Positions 12,765-25,916 of a DNA stretch of 64,000 bases are shown here, piece by piece. A program made the position numbers and the translations under genes. The stretch is from Octopus sinensis (lineage: Eukaryota): positions 45,942,001 through 46,006,000 of the forward strand of contig NC_043002.1 of the NCBI RefSeq assembly GCF_006345805.1. The letters run 5' to 3'. Every line of letters starts with the position of its first letter. Position 1 is the first letter of the stretch. The notes beneath the pieces were generated by a model that worked only from the letters and a program-made list of their open reading frames with translations, searched no databases and was not told the DNA's origin.

Positions 12765-13048
12765 ATAAGAAAATGGAGGGGATCAATAGGTGGTTCATCA
12801 ACTTTTAGACATTATATTATGTCAATTTATTTATTTACTAAAATGATAATTACAAGAATATACATACATGTATAACATATTATGCTTTACATATAAAATA
12901 TATAAAGATACTAGTTATGTAAAGCATAATATGTTATACATGTATGTATATTCTTGTAATTGTCGTTTTAGTAAATAAATAAATAAACTGACATAATATA
13001 ATGTCTAAAAGTTGATGAACTACCTATTGATCCCCTCCATTTTCTTAT
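12765..13048. repeat. Inverted repeat, ~130-bp arms, 22-nt spacer, abutting (TA)n
   Basis: 12765-12893 is the reverse complement of 12916-13048 with few mismatches. Confidence 0.9.
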
Positions 13049-13054
13049 CTCTCT

Positions 13055-13101
<47 letters not shown>

Positions 13102-14026
13102 CTTTGGCTGGCCCAGAGTTATAGTAGAAGACACTTGCCCAAGGTGCTGCCCAGTGGGACTGAACACACAACCACATGGTTGGGAAGTAAGCTTCTTAAC
13201 GACAGAGCCATACTTTTGTAAGCCTTTTAGTCCTATCTCATTTCATATGTGATTCTCAACATTCTCAGTTCTGACTTGACTATTTCTGCCCAACTTTGAC
13301 TTGGTTCACAAGTTCCATGACTACTTCCCATCACCAGCAACAGATGCCACTATTGTGGTTGTCCAGCCTGTGAGAAACAGCAATCAAATCTCCCACAAAT
13401 CTACCATCTTAACAAAAAGAAACGAAAAAAATAGGAAATGCAGGGCACATTGGACGATGTAGTCATGGACACACAAAAAGATGTGATGGTCACAGCTGGA
13501 ACACTTTTGATCATAGATCAGCTGACTTGAAACTAAAAAAAGACACTTTCCATTACTACTTCATGGTACAGACACCTCAGTTTGTAAAAATGAGTAATCC
13601 TGCAACAGGATTTTGATATCCTATTGTTTTCTCTAATTTCTTCAACCTTTTCAAATTGCACATGACCCTATTCTAACAGGCCACTTTCAACAAGTTCTCT
13701 GATCAAAGTACATTTTAATTATATACAGCATTAGATTTCTGACAAGTATTGTTTATCTGTCTTTTGTGCTGAGAAAGAAAATGTTTTCATTACTTACAAT
13801 AGCAGTAGTTCTATCTTTTAACTTTTACTTATTTTAGTCATTAAACTGCAGCAATACTAAGGCACCACCTTCAAGGATTTATATATTAGCATATCAAAAA
13901 TAGCTACGAGGGTTTACTTGAACAAATTGACCCCTGTCTTCATTTTTTGAAGTTTAGTACTTACTCTGTCTTTAATCTCACATCATGTTTTTTTTTTTTG
14001 TTTCATTAAAAAATTTTTTTGTCTAG

Positions 14027-14105
14027 GGGACAAATCACTGATGTCGATAAGAAGTTGGTAGTTTCAAGAATGAGAAATTTTGTGAAAGAGAAGATTTCCA
14101 CTGAT
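14027..14105 (+). CDS. Gene 1 coding exon
   Basis: Acceptor ttttttgtctag|G and donor GAT|gtgagt. 79 nt, phase 2 to 0: GQITDVDKKLVVSRMRNFVKEKISTD. Confidence 0.85.
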
Positions 14106-15324
14106 GTGAGTATTGATAAAAAAAAATGTTTGTGTGTGTGTGTGCATGCGTGTGTATGTGTGTGTTTGTGTAGTTTTTGCATGCTGCTACAATAACATTA
14201 TCATCATCACCATTGCCCCTGCCATCATCATCATCACCACCATCATCCTTACTATCATCATCATCATTATTATTTAATGTCTGTTTTCATGTTGGCATAG
14301 GTTGGATGGTTTGACAGAGTCTGGTGAGCTGCTGGACCATGTCAAGCTCCAGTGTCAGCTTTGGTATGGTTTCTATGATTGGATGCCATTCTTAACGCCT
14401 ACTTTACAAAATGTGTACTGGGTGCTTTTTTTGTGCCACTGGCACTGGTGAAGTCAGCAAGTACTCACAAGATGAGAAAAGAACAGGAAGCCAACTCAAC
14501 TATATATAATCACTCAGAGTAACAACAACAACAACAAGAACATCATCATCATTTAACATTTGCTTTCCATTCTGGCATGGGTTAGATGGCTTGAATGAAA
14601 CTGCTGTATCAGGTTCCAGTTTGAGTTTGGCTTGGTTTCTATGGCTGGATGCCCTTCCTAATACCAACCACTCTGAGAGTGTAGTGAATGCCTTTTACAT
14701 GTTTTAGATATTGAAAGGCTATAATCTGTTTCTAATACATCTTTTGTTTTTTTTTTAGGCTTTCTAAGATTGTAGTAAAGGGATAGCTGTATAAGCCTAA
14801 AACAGCTGTTCAAATTAAATTTTGACATATTAGTCATACAGTCATATACTAGTAGGAAAGGAAAACAGTCTAAATGGAAAACCTGCTAGAAACAGCACCA
14901 GCCAAATTTCCTTCAGTTCATTCATTACTGTTTTAAAAAAAAGTTTTTATTGAATAAAGTGGTCCCAATTTCTCTACACTAGCTTGACAAAGAAGCCATG
15001 TTGTACATGTAATAAACCCAATTCTTAGATATAGATAGGTGCATTCAAACCTTGTGTGAGGCAGCAGGAACAGCAACACCATTGATAGTTTGTGAGTGTA
15101 GGGACACTTAACCTGGATAGATTGGCTGAAAGAGTCAGCGATCAATGTTCAGATGGATTATTCAAAAAAAAAAGAATGATTTTTCATGGCTGGAATGCCT
15201 TTGATTTTTGATCTTAAACAGTGTTAACCTGATTCTAAACAACAACAATAACAAATGACATCCTAGAATATTCTTTGATGTCTTTAATAGCTTCCCTTAA
15301 TTCACTTTTCTCTTGTTTTTACAG

Positions 15325-15372
15325 ATAAAAAGGCAACTTCAGTTTATTCAGCTTCAGAACATTTTATATCAA
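15325..15372 (+). CDS. Gene 1 coding exon
   Basis: Acceptor ttgtttttacag|ATA and donor CAA|gtaagt. 48 nt, phase 0 to 0: IKRQLQFIQLQNILYQ. Confidence 0.8.
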
Positions 15373-17184
15373 GTAAGTATGATTTAGTTACTCTTTTATT
15401 GGTTTTTAATCATTGGACAACAGCTATACTGGAGATCGACCCTCAAGGGTTTTAGCCATTCATATCAACTCCCAGTACTTATTTCAGTTTATTACTCATT
15501 TTATTGACTAAGGTGTATTTATAGGTGCAGGCATGGCTGGGTGGTTCAGAAGTTTTCTTCCCAACCACATGGTTTTAGTTTCATTCCACTTGCACCTAGA
15601 GTAAATGTCTTCTATTATAGCCCTCACCTGACTTTTAAATTAATATTGTAGGGTGGGTATGAGAAGTTTGATCTGATTGGTTTCAACATAACACTGGTAG
15701 AATATTTGGGCCAGATATGGCCAGTTTCAATGTTAAAGGGTTAAATCAGTGTTATGTTTGTCATGGGGGTTGGTAGTGAGGGTAAAAAAGGGAAGCACAC
15801 AATTTTCTATGTTTAATACTTTTAAACTTTTTAAACTTGTCCAACACCATAGTGAACAAAGAAGAATTGTGTTCATGCAAAATCTTTTGTCTTATCATTA
15901 AGAAAGAGGGGAGAATGAAAAGGACAAATATAGTGGGGTGAGGCAAAATTTTGCTTTAGCTGTATGTATTGGTATGTGTTGCAAGAAACAGCTAGGTTTC
16001 TTTCTCTAACATTTTACATAATTCAACCTACAAAAGTCGATGTGTGTAAAATACAAAAATTTTGAAAACTAACCTCAAACATTGAATGGTTTATAGTAAT
16101 CAAAGGGGTCCATAGATAAAAAAACAATGGTTAAGAACTCCTGGTCTGGAGGATACTTGCCATTGGTATAGTACAGTGAGACTGGGTCCCCAAACCACGT
16201 GATTATGAAGCAAGCTTCTTAACTGCATAACCATGTTTATACATCTGTGTTTTATTATATCTTAGGTTTCTTCGATTGACTATAGGTTTCCTTGGACATG
16301 GATAATGTGTTTCTGGGTTCCTCACACACAAGAAGAGGGTGGGGCAGTCATGGACATGATACCTTTGATAGTAAGCCTGCTTGACTAAGGTTGACCTGGG
16401 GCTAAATAACAACAACACCCTGGTGACCACTAGATCGTTAGACGGATTTATTTTCTCCCCTTCTCTCTATACATAATAAACATAAAAAAAAAGACATGCA
16501 TAAACATAAAAAAACGTGGTCATAAGTTACGTGATTGTAAATTATCAAATTATTTCAAGGGAGGTAACTTTGTTCACACAAAATTCATTCACGGTCTGTT
16601 GGCTGAAAACAGACACTGTAGAAGTGGAGAAAAAACAGAAAGCAAAAAGAAACTTTTATTAAAACCATATAGGATTACATTCTGTTATATTCAATAAGAA
16701 GAAACAAAAACATAAAGAGTTTTAATTTCAAGTAGAATAATAGGGTAATTAAACAAGATAATTTTATTTTTTGTTATATTTTGTTTGGCCAAGTTACAAT
16801 TTAAGCTTATTCATTGTTGTAAGAGAAGAAAATCTACTTTCCTTTCTCATGGAAAGACTCATGATTTCTACCTCTCACAAAAATATAGAGTTGGTGGAGG
16901 CTCCACATGGCTGCTAGACCTATAGAAATAACATTTCAGTATCCTTCAAGCTATTTCCTTTCATCTCAGAGAAGGACATATTGGATACTGTCTTTTAGGT
17001 TCTCCACACACAGGGAATAAAATGGGATTATGGATATAACTGCTTTGATCATAGGTCTGCTTGACTAAGGCAGACCTAGGGATAAATAACAATGACAACA
17101 CTCAATTAAAATTTATGCTTTCCTAAGTAATAGGCCAGTAATATCATGTCAATAATAATAATAGTAATCAAATTTTTTTTACAG

Positions 17185-17246
17185 AAGTCTCTTCAAATAC
17201 AAAGACAACAGGAGAAATATTTTCAACTTAAAGTAGCTAACAACAG
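17185..17246 (+). CDS. Gene 1 coding exon
   Basis: Acceptor ttttttttacag|AAG and donor CAG|gtaatt. 62 nt, phase 0 to 2: KSLQIQRQQEKYFQLKVANNR. Confidence 0.8.
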
Positions 17247-19019
17247 GTAATTGAGATTCAATATAGTTATTTTGAAATAATCATTTCTTTCCTCATTATT
17301 ATTTTTTTTTTCAAAACCAATTAAGCATTTGTCATATTATGTTGATGTGGTTGTTGGGAATTTTACTTTTTAAGAAGGGTTGAAATGAGTAGAGGTACAA
17401 TGGCCAAAGTGTTAAGCTATTGAACTACATTCAGACATAGAATCTGAAACAAAGTATTTTTTCTTTCTTGGAAAAAATTTCATATGGGATTAAAACATTT
17501 GATTTTTATATTCTTTAACCGATCTATTTCTTGTTAGCTTTTTTTTTACTACTAAAGTACTGAATGTGAGTTGAACTATATATTTCATCATCCTTTTCTG
17601 TGATACCAGTTATCTCTTCCATTTCTGAAAACAAGTTCCTTTTGACATATGTTCTTCATTCTTAACGTTGCCCATGCTTACTTACATTTTCCATTTCAGT
17701 GCTACCAATTACTTCTCCTTCTGCCTTGAACTACTTCTTACTGATTTACTCTTATGTTGTTCTTTGCGTCTCCACCCCTATCTCTCACTCTCCTCATACA
17801 CTCTTGCAGCCTCTACCAACTCATCACTCACCCATAAACTCCCTGTCTCTCATCCTTCCCTACCAATTGCATTATTATTCTTGTTAATTGTTTACACATA
17901 TTTAATACTAGGTTTGCAAATGACTCTCATATGTATTTACATGTTTTTCTAATTTACTATAATTTTTGGCACCCTGCTCCCCACCCATCTTTATCTCCTG
18001 TTCAGCTACTCTCACTCACCTTTGCACAGAGCAGGGCAGCCAGATGTCTCTTCTATAGCAAGATACCTGTGCTTGTCCCTTTATCATACTTTAGCCTGCA
18101 ACACCTGGCATAAAGCCACCTCTCCTCTCTCAAATATACTTGGTTCTTTTCTTTACTTTGTCTTGCAACTTACTTGGTAACATTACTTGTGCCAGTATCT
18201 TAAAAAATGCCCCCAGTATACACAGTAAGATAGTTGGTATTAGGAAGGGCATCCAGTCATAGAAACCATGCCAAACTTGATATTGGAGCCTGATGTAGCT
18301 CTGTGGCTTGTTGGACCCTGTCAAACCATCTAACCCATGTCATTATGGTAAACAGAAGTTAGACAACAATGATGATTAGGTATCTATTGTCTACATATTC
18401 AATGTATTCATTCAATTATCTATTTATATATATAAAATTGAATAAGGGTAGAAATTGATATTAATCAATTAAAACCAGTGGCCTAGCATATTAAAAAAAT
18501 CCGAAGATTAAAATATTTTTTTACAAAAAATTTTGTATGTAAAAAAATATTTATTTATATATTTAGTTATATATTTATTATACTAGTAAATATGTATGAA
18601 TCTGTTCTTGTATATGTTTATGTTTACTTTATATGAAATGACATTGTTTAATTATCCACTTCTAATTTTTTGATGTTATATTTTGTGGAGAAATTCTTTC
18701 AACTGTTACAAATTAAATTTGTTCCAAATGTTTGAATCACAAAGAAATTGTGAAATATCTTAACTGTGTTTAACCCATTTGCATTTAAACCAACCGTATC
18801 TAGCCCAAATATTCTACCTGTTTTATGTTCAAACTGACCAGGTCTAGCATTTCCCACCTATTCTAAAATGTCATTCTAGGAATAGAACAATCACATCATT
18901 GATATCTCGAAGCTATGAGATAATGCATGGTTAATTCAAAACAATGTGAATCAATAAGCATTACATTTGACAAAATAATCTGAATGTTAAAAACTTAAAG
19001 ATACAAAATATTCAGTTTC

Positions 19020-19770
19020 AGAAGAGCTATTGAAGTAACAAAAAATGTTCATTTTCACACAAGATGATCAAACGCATCAAGCAGAGACCATAATCCCATG
19101 TCTTATCACTAATGATGATGAGCTTCATGAAGTCTGGGTTGTGGTTTGCACAGTCCAGCATATCCTGAGAGATTTCCGTGCAGATTTGCTTCTGCTACTC
19201 TGCCAACACCTTGGGGATAAATTTCGCCAACTCTTTCTACATGCACAAATCCTCTGTTACAATGGAATGTACTGATTCTATGCTTTTTCCCACTGTGTGA
19301 GCAATATCCTGGATTGTTACACAACGTTCTTCCATGACTACTCATTGAACCTTCTCAGTTGGCTCCTTGTTTCAGCTTGTGGATGGCCTGCCTTTGCCTT
19401 GCTTTTCACTGAGGTGCAGCCATGTCTGAAGCAGTTGTACCATTCCTTGATCTGAGTTTTGCCCATGGCATCATTGCCAAAGGCCTGTTGAATCTTCTGG
19501 ATGATTTGAGCTTGAGTATCTCCAAACTTTTGGCAAAACTTGATGCAATATTTCTGCTTGATGCATTCAATAAAAACGAAAATCTAGTGAGTGTTCACTA
19601 CATGTGTGTACTCCATGCGTAACAGCTGCAAACTGATATGGCCTACTGGTGTGAAATTTTTCACACATGCACAGGAAGAGTAGCATCACCTCCTATCTAA
19701 AGGATTTTGGCCATGTGGCATTAGTTTTGGTGAGAAAGTATAAACTTGGATACTTTTTGAATGCATCTCA
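19020..19770 (-). mobile_element. Mariner transposase remnant
   Basis: Frameshifted minus-strand peptide QKQICTEISQDMLDCANHNPDFMKLIIISDKTWDYG, resembling the mariner ITGDETW motif. Confidence 0.75.
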
Positions 19771-19918
19771 GAGTTATTTGTTCTGTAGTTATCTTCAATG
19801 CATATCAAGTCATTTTTGATTTTCTGATTTCCTTATTTTTGATTTGATTCAAGGATTTTCCTTCATGATTGTGCATGTTTTCATTGTTTATTTTTTCTTA
19901 TTTCTTGTTATTCTTCAG

Positions 19919-20036
19919 ACTCAACAGTGAACTGAATGAGGCAACCAAAACCCAAGTAGAAGATCCAGCTGAGATGTTCACTGAATTTTGTAAAAAATTT
20001 TCTGAATTTAAAAAGTCATCAAATCAAATGGAATGA
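19919..20036 (+). CDS. Gene 1 terminal coding exon (coiled-coil protein, possibly a divergent CENP-U)
   Basis: Long polypyrimidine tract ending ttcttcag|A. Phase 2 matches the previous exon. Reads LNSELNEATKTQVEDPAEMFTEFCKKFSEFKKSSNQME then TGA at 20034-20036. Confidence 0.8.
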
Positions 20037-20268
20037 AACATTTCTATGTGAATACATATTCTTCATTCCATGAAATCACTGACATATATATCACACACAT
20101 TCTCTGTCTCTGTCTCTCTCTTGTAAGTAATTCACCATGGAGTCTTTCAACAGTGTAAAGGTCAATTTATTTTCCTAGTTCATTGATTAACAAAAAGACT
20201 TAAGAAAATTTCAGTCATTTTCTTGACACTGTTTCTTAAGTTCACTCATTTCATTAATGCATTATGTA

Positions 20269-21860
20269 TTGGGTCATTCCATAAAGAATGCGATTTTTTT
20301 AATACTTCTTTTAATTTTTCAAAATTAAAATAAACAAAGTTCTTTTTTAATCTAAATATCCTCTCTTTCATCTTCTACAATGCTCTTCCATCTATCTAGT
20401 AGACTTGCAAGGCTTCATCATCATCATCATTTAGCATCCGTTTTCCATGCTAGCATGGGTTGGACGGTTCAACTGGGGTCTGTGAAGCTGGAAGGCTTCA
20501 TCAGGCCCAGTCAGATCTGGCAGTGTTTCTACGGCTGGATGCCCTTCCTAACGCCAACCACTCCGTGAGTGTAGTGGGTGCTTTTTACGTGCCACCCGCA
20601 CAGGTGCCAGACAGAGCTGGCAAATGGCCACGAACGGATGGTGCTTTTACGTGCCACCGGCACGGGGACCAGGCAAGGCTGGCAACGGACACGAACGGAT
20701 GGTGCTTTTACATGCCACCGGCACGGGGCCAGGCGAGGCTGGCAACGGACACGAGCGGATGGTGCTTTTACGTGCCACCGGCATGGGGGCCAGGCGAGGC
20801 TGGCAACGGACACGAACGGATGGTGCTTTTACGTGCCACCGGCACCACTTGTCTGTGACGAAAAAATATTTCTCCAGTACTATTCTGACCTCGTCTACAG
20901 AATTCATATTTTTTTCCATCCAAATGCTGTATGTGGCTGAGCATTATCCTGATGGAAGAACACCTTTCATATTGAAACCAAAGATGGTCGTTTTTCTTCT
21001 TGCACTGACTTAAGCCACTCAAGCTGCTTATAGTAGATCTCCTTTGTTATCATTTGGTTTGGGTTTAAAAGTTCAAAGTCGACCAAACCTTTCATATCTC
21101 ACCAAACAGATGACAACACCTTACATGGGTGAAGACCTTTTTTAGCCTGGGGTGCCAGTGTTTCTCTTTTTCCTACCCACTGTCTTCAGCACTTGGCGTT
21201 TTTATAGAGAACCGATTTCTCATCACCAGCCACTATTTGGTCCAAAAAAGGTTCATTCGTGGGATGTGACAGCAAAGAAGAGCACACATTCACTCTCTGC
21301 ACACGATTAGACTGGGAAAGTTTGTGAGGAACCCATTGACTCAATTTGTTGACTTTTCTGATGGCACACAGGTGTCAATGAATGGTTGAATGTCAAATCC
21401 AAGCTTCTCTGCTAGTTCCTCAACAGTTACGATGGAATTTTGTTCTACCAGGGTTTGCAGGATGTCCTCATCAAGCTCTACAGATCTTCCAGGACAAGGC
21501 ACATCTTTTAGGCTGTAATTTCTGGCTCAGAATTTCTGGAACCACTGCTGACACTGGCTTACACTTATTGTCTGATCCCCATATACTGCATTAATATTCC
21601 TTGCACTTTCTGTTGCATCGTTGCCTTTATTAAACTCATAAAGCAAAATATGCTGAATATGTTCCTTTGTTACTTCCGTTATAGTTTGGAAAAAATAACT
21701 GTTAAAATCGAACTGCACTCTTCAAAACTTGCACTAAGAATAAGGACAAGGTAAAATTACTACCTGATTTTATAGCAAGTTGATGCAGGTAGTTTATCCT
21801 GCTCCCCTCTGACTTTCAGTTGATGTAATTGAAAAAAACCGCATTTATGTGATGACCCAA
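20269..21860 (-). mobile_element. Decayed mariner transposon
   Basis: TIRs TTGGGTCATTCCATAAAGAATGCG / CGCATTTATGTGATGACCCAA with TA flanks. Minus-strand HTH region reads EHIQHILLYEFNKGNDATESARNINAVYGDQTISVSQCQQWFQKF. Confidence 0.88.
20416..20850 (-). mobile_element. RTE 3'-end fragment with an internal ~59-bp tandem array, inserted in a mariner
   Basis: Closely similar to 2932-3240, with a (CAT)n tail. Other copies at ~8622, 10030, 14270, 27004 and 40761. Confidence 0.85.
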
Positions 21861-23936
21861 TATATTCACCCATTATTTCATTATGTATATATTTGACCTA
21901 AGACTGTTTTCTTTTTTATCTCATTACAATTATGTATTTTATAAAATTTCTCTTAAGTAGACACAAGTCATCTACAGTTTTTATTATTGTTTTAAATCAG
22001 TATATTACTAGTGACATGAAAATGGCACTCAGTCAGTACACACTATAAAGTGATTGGCATTAGGAAGGGCATACAACTATAGAAACCATGCTGAAGCTGA
22101 TGTTGGAGTTGAATGCTGCTCTGTGGCTTGCCAGATCCTGTCAAACCATCCAACCCATGACAGCATGGAAAACAACTATTTAATGATGATGATGATGATG
22201 ATGATTCTGTGGATGTAAATGATTAAAAACAGCCCTGTTGGAATTTGAACTAAAGCAAAAAATCAAATACTAAACAAGATCCAGCAAAGAATTCTGTTCT
22301 GTGGCTTGTTGTTTACCCTGACATATATTTTGTAATTTTCATTATCAAATATCATCAATAATATCATGAGGTAGGGAGTAGGATACATTAAACTAGACTA
22401 AAATATTTATGGTAATGCTTGAGTTGATTTCAATTTCCACCTGAGTAGTCAACTCGTTAACTACTGGTGTCTTGATTGATGCAGGACATCCTCCTCCCCC
22501 ATCTATTTTCTCCTCCCAATCTCCCTCTTCTTCTCTCCATCTCCTACCCTCCCCTTAATGTCTGTTTTCCATGTTAGCATGAGTTATATGATAAAAACAG
22601 ATGGCTACAAAGTGTGTGTCAAATGGTTTTCTCAAGTAAACTCCGAGGTGATGAACTTTACCACTATCAGCTGTGTCCATGCATCATATTGTACATTCTC
22701 AATGTACAATGAGTAACTTTGGGACTTAATGAAAGGAAAGCTTTATATTACTCAGAATGTATGAATCAAGGGTTAGCTAAAAGTCTGAAAACAAGTATGG
22801 GCATTTAGGATGAACTTATGAAAGTGCTTTGGATAGGCAAAGGGTTAACACATAGAGGAAGAATTTAAAGTGCATTACGGCAGCACATCTGTATGACTTT
22901 TGTTGCTCTATAATGCAGTTATGTGGTGAATGATAGGAACTCTGATGGAAAAGATGGATTCTTAACATTGCAAACAGGTGTGGTGGAAGACACTTAGACC
23001 TTGCGGTTGTGGAGGTTTGCTCTCTGTTTGAGTTTCGTCAAAATGGAATCTGCAGAACTCCTCTGAACATAAATGTGACATCGAGACAAGCTGAACTTGG
23101 AATATTTCGTGTTTGTTCATGTTCTTGTTTGATAGCAGATCACCATTATAACACAGCTGTCAGTTTTCAATTTTTAAAAATATTTTGACAACTTGACTGT
23201 GGTTAAGAAGTTTGCTTCACAATCCCAAGAAGTGCATTGTATGTCTCTGTATGTGTTTGTAACTCCTTGTTCTGACATTGTATCATAGTTGTGAATGAGC
23301 ATCACACCATCATTCAAGCAATGTTGTTTATTTTTACTCTTCCACAAAAATGTGTCCAACTCAGAGAAGAAGCCCTTCCTAACATCAACCACTTTACAGA
23401 CTGTAGTGGGTGCTTTTTATGTGGCAGCAGCAGTAGTGAGATCACCAAGTAACTTGCAGGACAAGATCTCTTCAACTGGGAAGAGTAGTATTGAAGAACA
23501 GAAAAGTGTCGTGCATTAGAAGAGAGACAAGGCTACTTCAGATGGAGAAGGGAGAAGAAAGAAAGATGGTGAAGATGGGATAGAGGGAGCAGGAGCCATA
23601 CACCCAAGTTACAGGGTGATGTATATTGTGTAAATAATACAAGTTTATTGATACTGTACTGTGTAAGGTACCAGTAAATTAGTCTGGTGACCATGGAAGT
23701 TGGAAATTCCTGCTTAATTAGTACAGATTAAAAGTTATCTGAAAAATTGGTGTTGTATCCGTATGTGTATATATAAACAAGGGAGTGCTGAGCTCTTTTA
23801 TAGGGCTTAGGAAAAATGAAAGACCGCTACAATAAATGTGTGAATCTGATAGGGGAATATGTTGAATAATTGAATAAAATGATAATTAACTGATCTGTAT
23901 TTTCTTTCACTCAAAGCCAGGAACTTTTTAGCACTT

Positions 23937-23980
<44 letters not shown>

Positions 23981-24805
23981 ATGTGTGTGTATATAAAACA
24001 GTCAAATATACATTACATCTTGTATTATATATTTGGCTGCTTTTAGGACAGCAAGCCAGCAGAATCGTTAGCATGCCGGGCAAAATGCTTAGTGGCGTTT
24101 CGTCTATCTATACATTCCGAGTTCAAATTTCATCAAGATCGAATTTGCCTTTCATCTTTTCAGGGTCAATGGAATAAGTACCAGTTGAACACTTGGGTCA
24201 ATGTAATTGACTTACTCACTTGCTAGCCTTGTACCAAAATTTGAAACCTATACATATTTGGCTGTTTTGATCTCATTTAACTATGACAAGGTCATAGAAC
24301 AAAATTTTGAAATAAATGGTCGTACTTTTGTTTATGTAATATAATAAGTTACTTCATTTTTATTAAGAGGTATCTTATTTTCAGCAGTGATAGCTAAATA
24401 AATTAACTGTTTTTAATAAAGCTATTGAAAAATGAGAACAATATTCTGTAATAATAATAATAATCTAATTTAAGTCACTTATTTATTAATTTAATTTATT
24501 GTTGTCAACTAAATAAGGTGCAGTGTCATAGTTAGGACATACTGTCATAATTCTGTCCTGTACTCTGTTGAATTGTAAGAGTAAAGGTTTTTAACTGTCA
24601 TATATAACCATATTTATATTGAAATACACTGCCTTTTTCTATTAATACTGGAAATAATGAAGAGATTAGTAAAATAACTGTCTTTGTTAAACTGATGTTT
24701 GAAACATTAATATGAAATTTTGTTGGAAGATTTCAATTTAGATTTCTTTAAAATAAGAAGTTTGTATCCTACAATTAGGGGTGGCCTTGGTCAGGTTGGT
24801 ATTAA

Positions 24806-25012
24806 CCCTTTAGTGTTTTAAACCAGCCATATCCAGCCAAAATATTCTACCTATTTTATGTTCAAACTGACCAGATCTGGCTTCTCATATCAACCCTACA
24901 ATATCATCCTAAAAATTAAATTACCTCAAAGCTACAAAATAATGCATGATTAATTGAAACCAGTGTTAATAAACAAGCATTACTTTTGATAGAATACTGT
25001 GAATGTTAAGGG
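24806..25012. mobile_element. piggyBac-type MITE (copies at ~2215, 7963, 18770, 30011, 49511)
   Basis: TTAA|CCCTT...AAGGG|TTAA termini and a ~210-bp body repeated at least six times. Confidence 0.8.
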
Positions 25013-25189
25013 TTAAAAGGATTAAAGTGAAGCTTTATGAGATTGGTGCTTAAAAGGGTTAAAGTGAAGCTGGCATAAAAGTTTTTGACAACCCAATATT
25101 GAAATTCAGTTTTGTGTGGTTATCAGTGATGTAGCTATTTTGGTTGTTGTGTGTGATATCTTTGATTCATGTGAAAGCCATTCTGGTAT

Positions 25190-25483
25190 GTTACAAAGTC
25201 AGAAAACAGCACAGCTCCCATGACTTTCGGAAACATTTTTTCACGCTAAGAGTTGCTGAAGCATGGAACAAACTGCCGGCATTAGTTGTTAGTTGTCGGA
25301 GCACTGCTTCCTGAGATCCGCCAACACTACACCTGATTTTCTCCCCTCCATACACACGCAAGCATGTATCTGACTCATACATTGTTCGCTTTCCAGACAT
25401 TTGTACATTACTGCATATTCTTTATACGCACTTTTGACGAGTTGTGGTGCACCTGAGCACTGTATACAATGATTTCATTATTA
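25190..25483 (+). mobile_element. CR1/L2-type LINE 3' end
   Basis: Reads YKVRKQHSSHDFRKHFFTLRVAEAWNKLP, followed by a 3'UTR and short (ATT) tail. Confidence 0.8.
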
Positions 25484-25524
25484 TATATTATACTGTGTTA
25501 CACGATTTTTGTCCTTGAGTAGCA

Positions 25525-25916
25525 GCTGTTATTTCCTATTTGCTTACCCTTTGAAAGTATGATAAATGACTAATATTTCCTTCAAACCCTTCTTTTGTTA
25601 CATTTATTCAAACTCCAAAGAATCCTTCTCGACACATGGCTATGATGCTCCCCCACTACTCCTGCTTATGCTCAGATATGCGTGCATTGTCAACCACTGA
25701 TGCTCAAGTGGTTAAGGTCAAGCAACTGACAAGCAAATCTGTGGTATTGAGCAGAATATTTGCTATAACAATATTTCTGAAATTCAGCAACTCAGTGCTA
25801 GATCTGTCTGAAATGTAATGGAAAATAGGTCAGTTACAAAACATTGATGTCCAGGTCACGAAATCAAAGTAGTCATTTCCTTTGATTTCTAGATAGAAGC
25901 AAATAGAAAATAACAC
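25525..25916. mobile_element. TIR-bounded non-autonomous DNA element (partial copies at ~10790-11065 and ~42324-42565)
   Basis: TIR TGTTATTTCCTATTTGCTT / AAGCAAATAGAAAATAACA. Confidence 0.65.

Noticed and set aside
20576-20847. Regularly spaced repeats resembling a CRISPR array
   Set aside because: The 'spacers' are themselves repeated, the array is part of an RTE 3'UTR, the context is eukaryotic and there are no cas genes.
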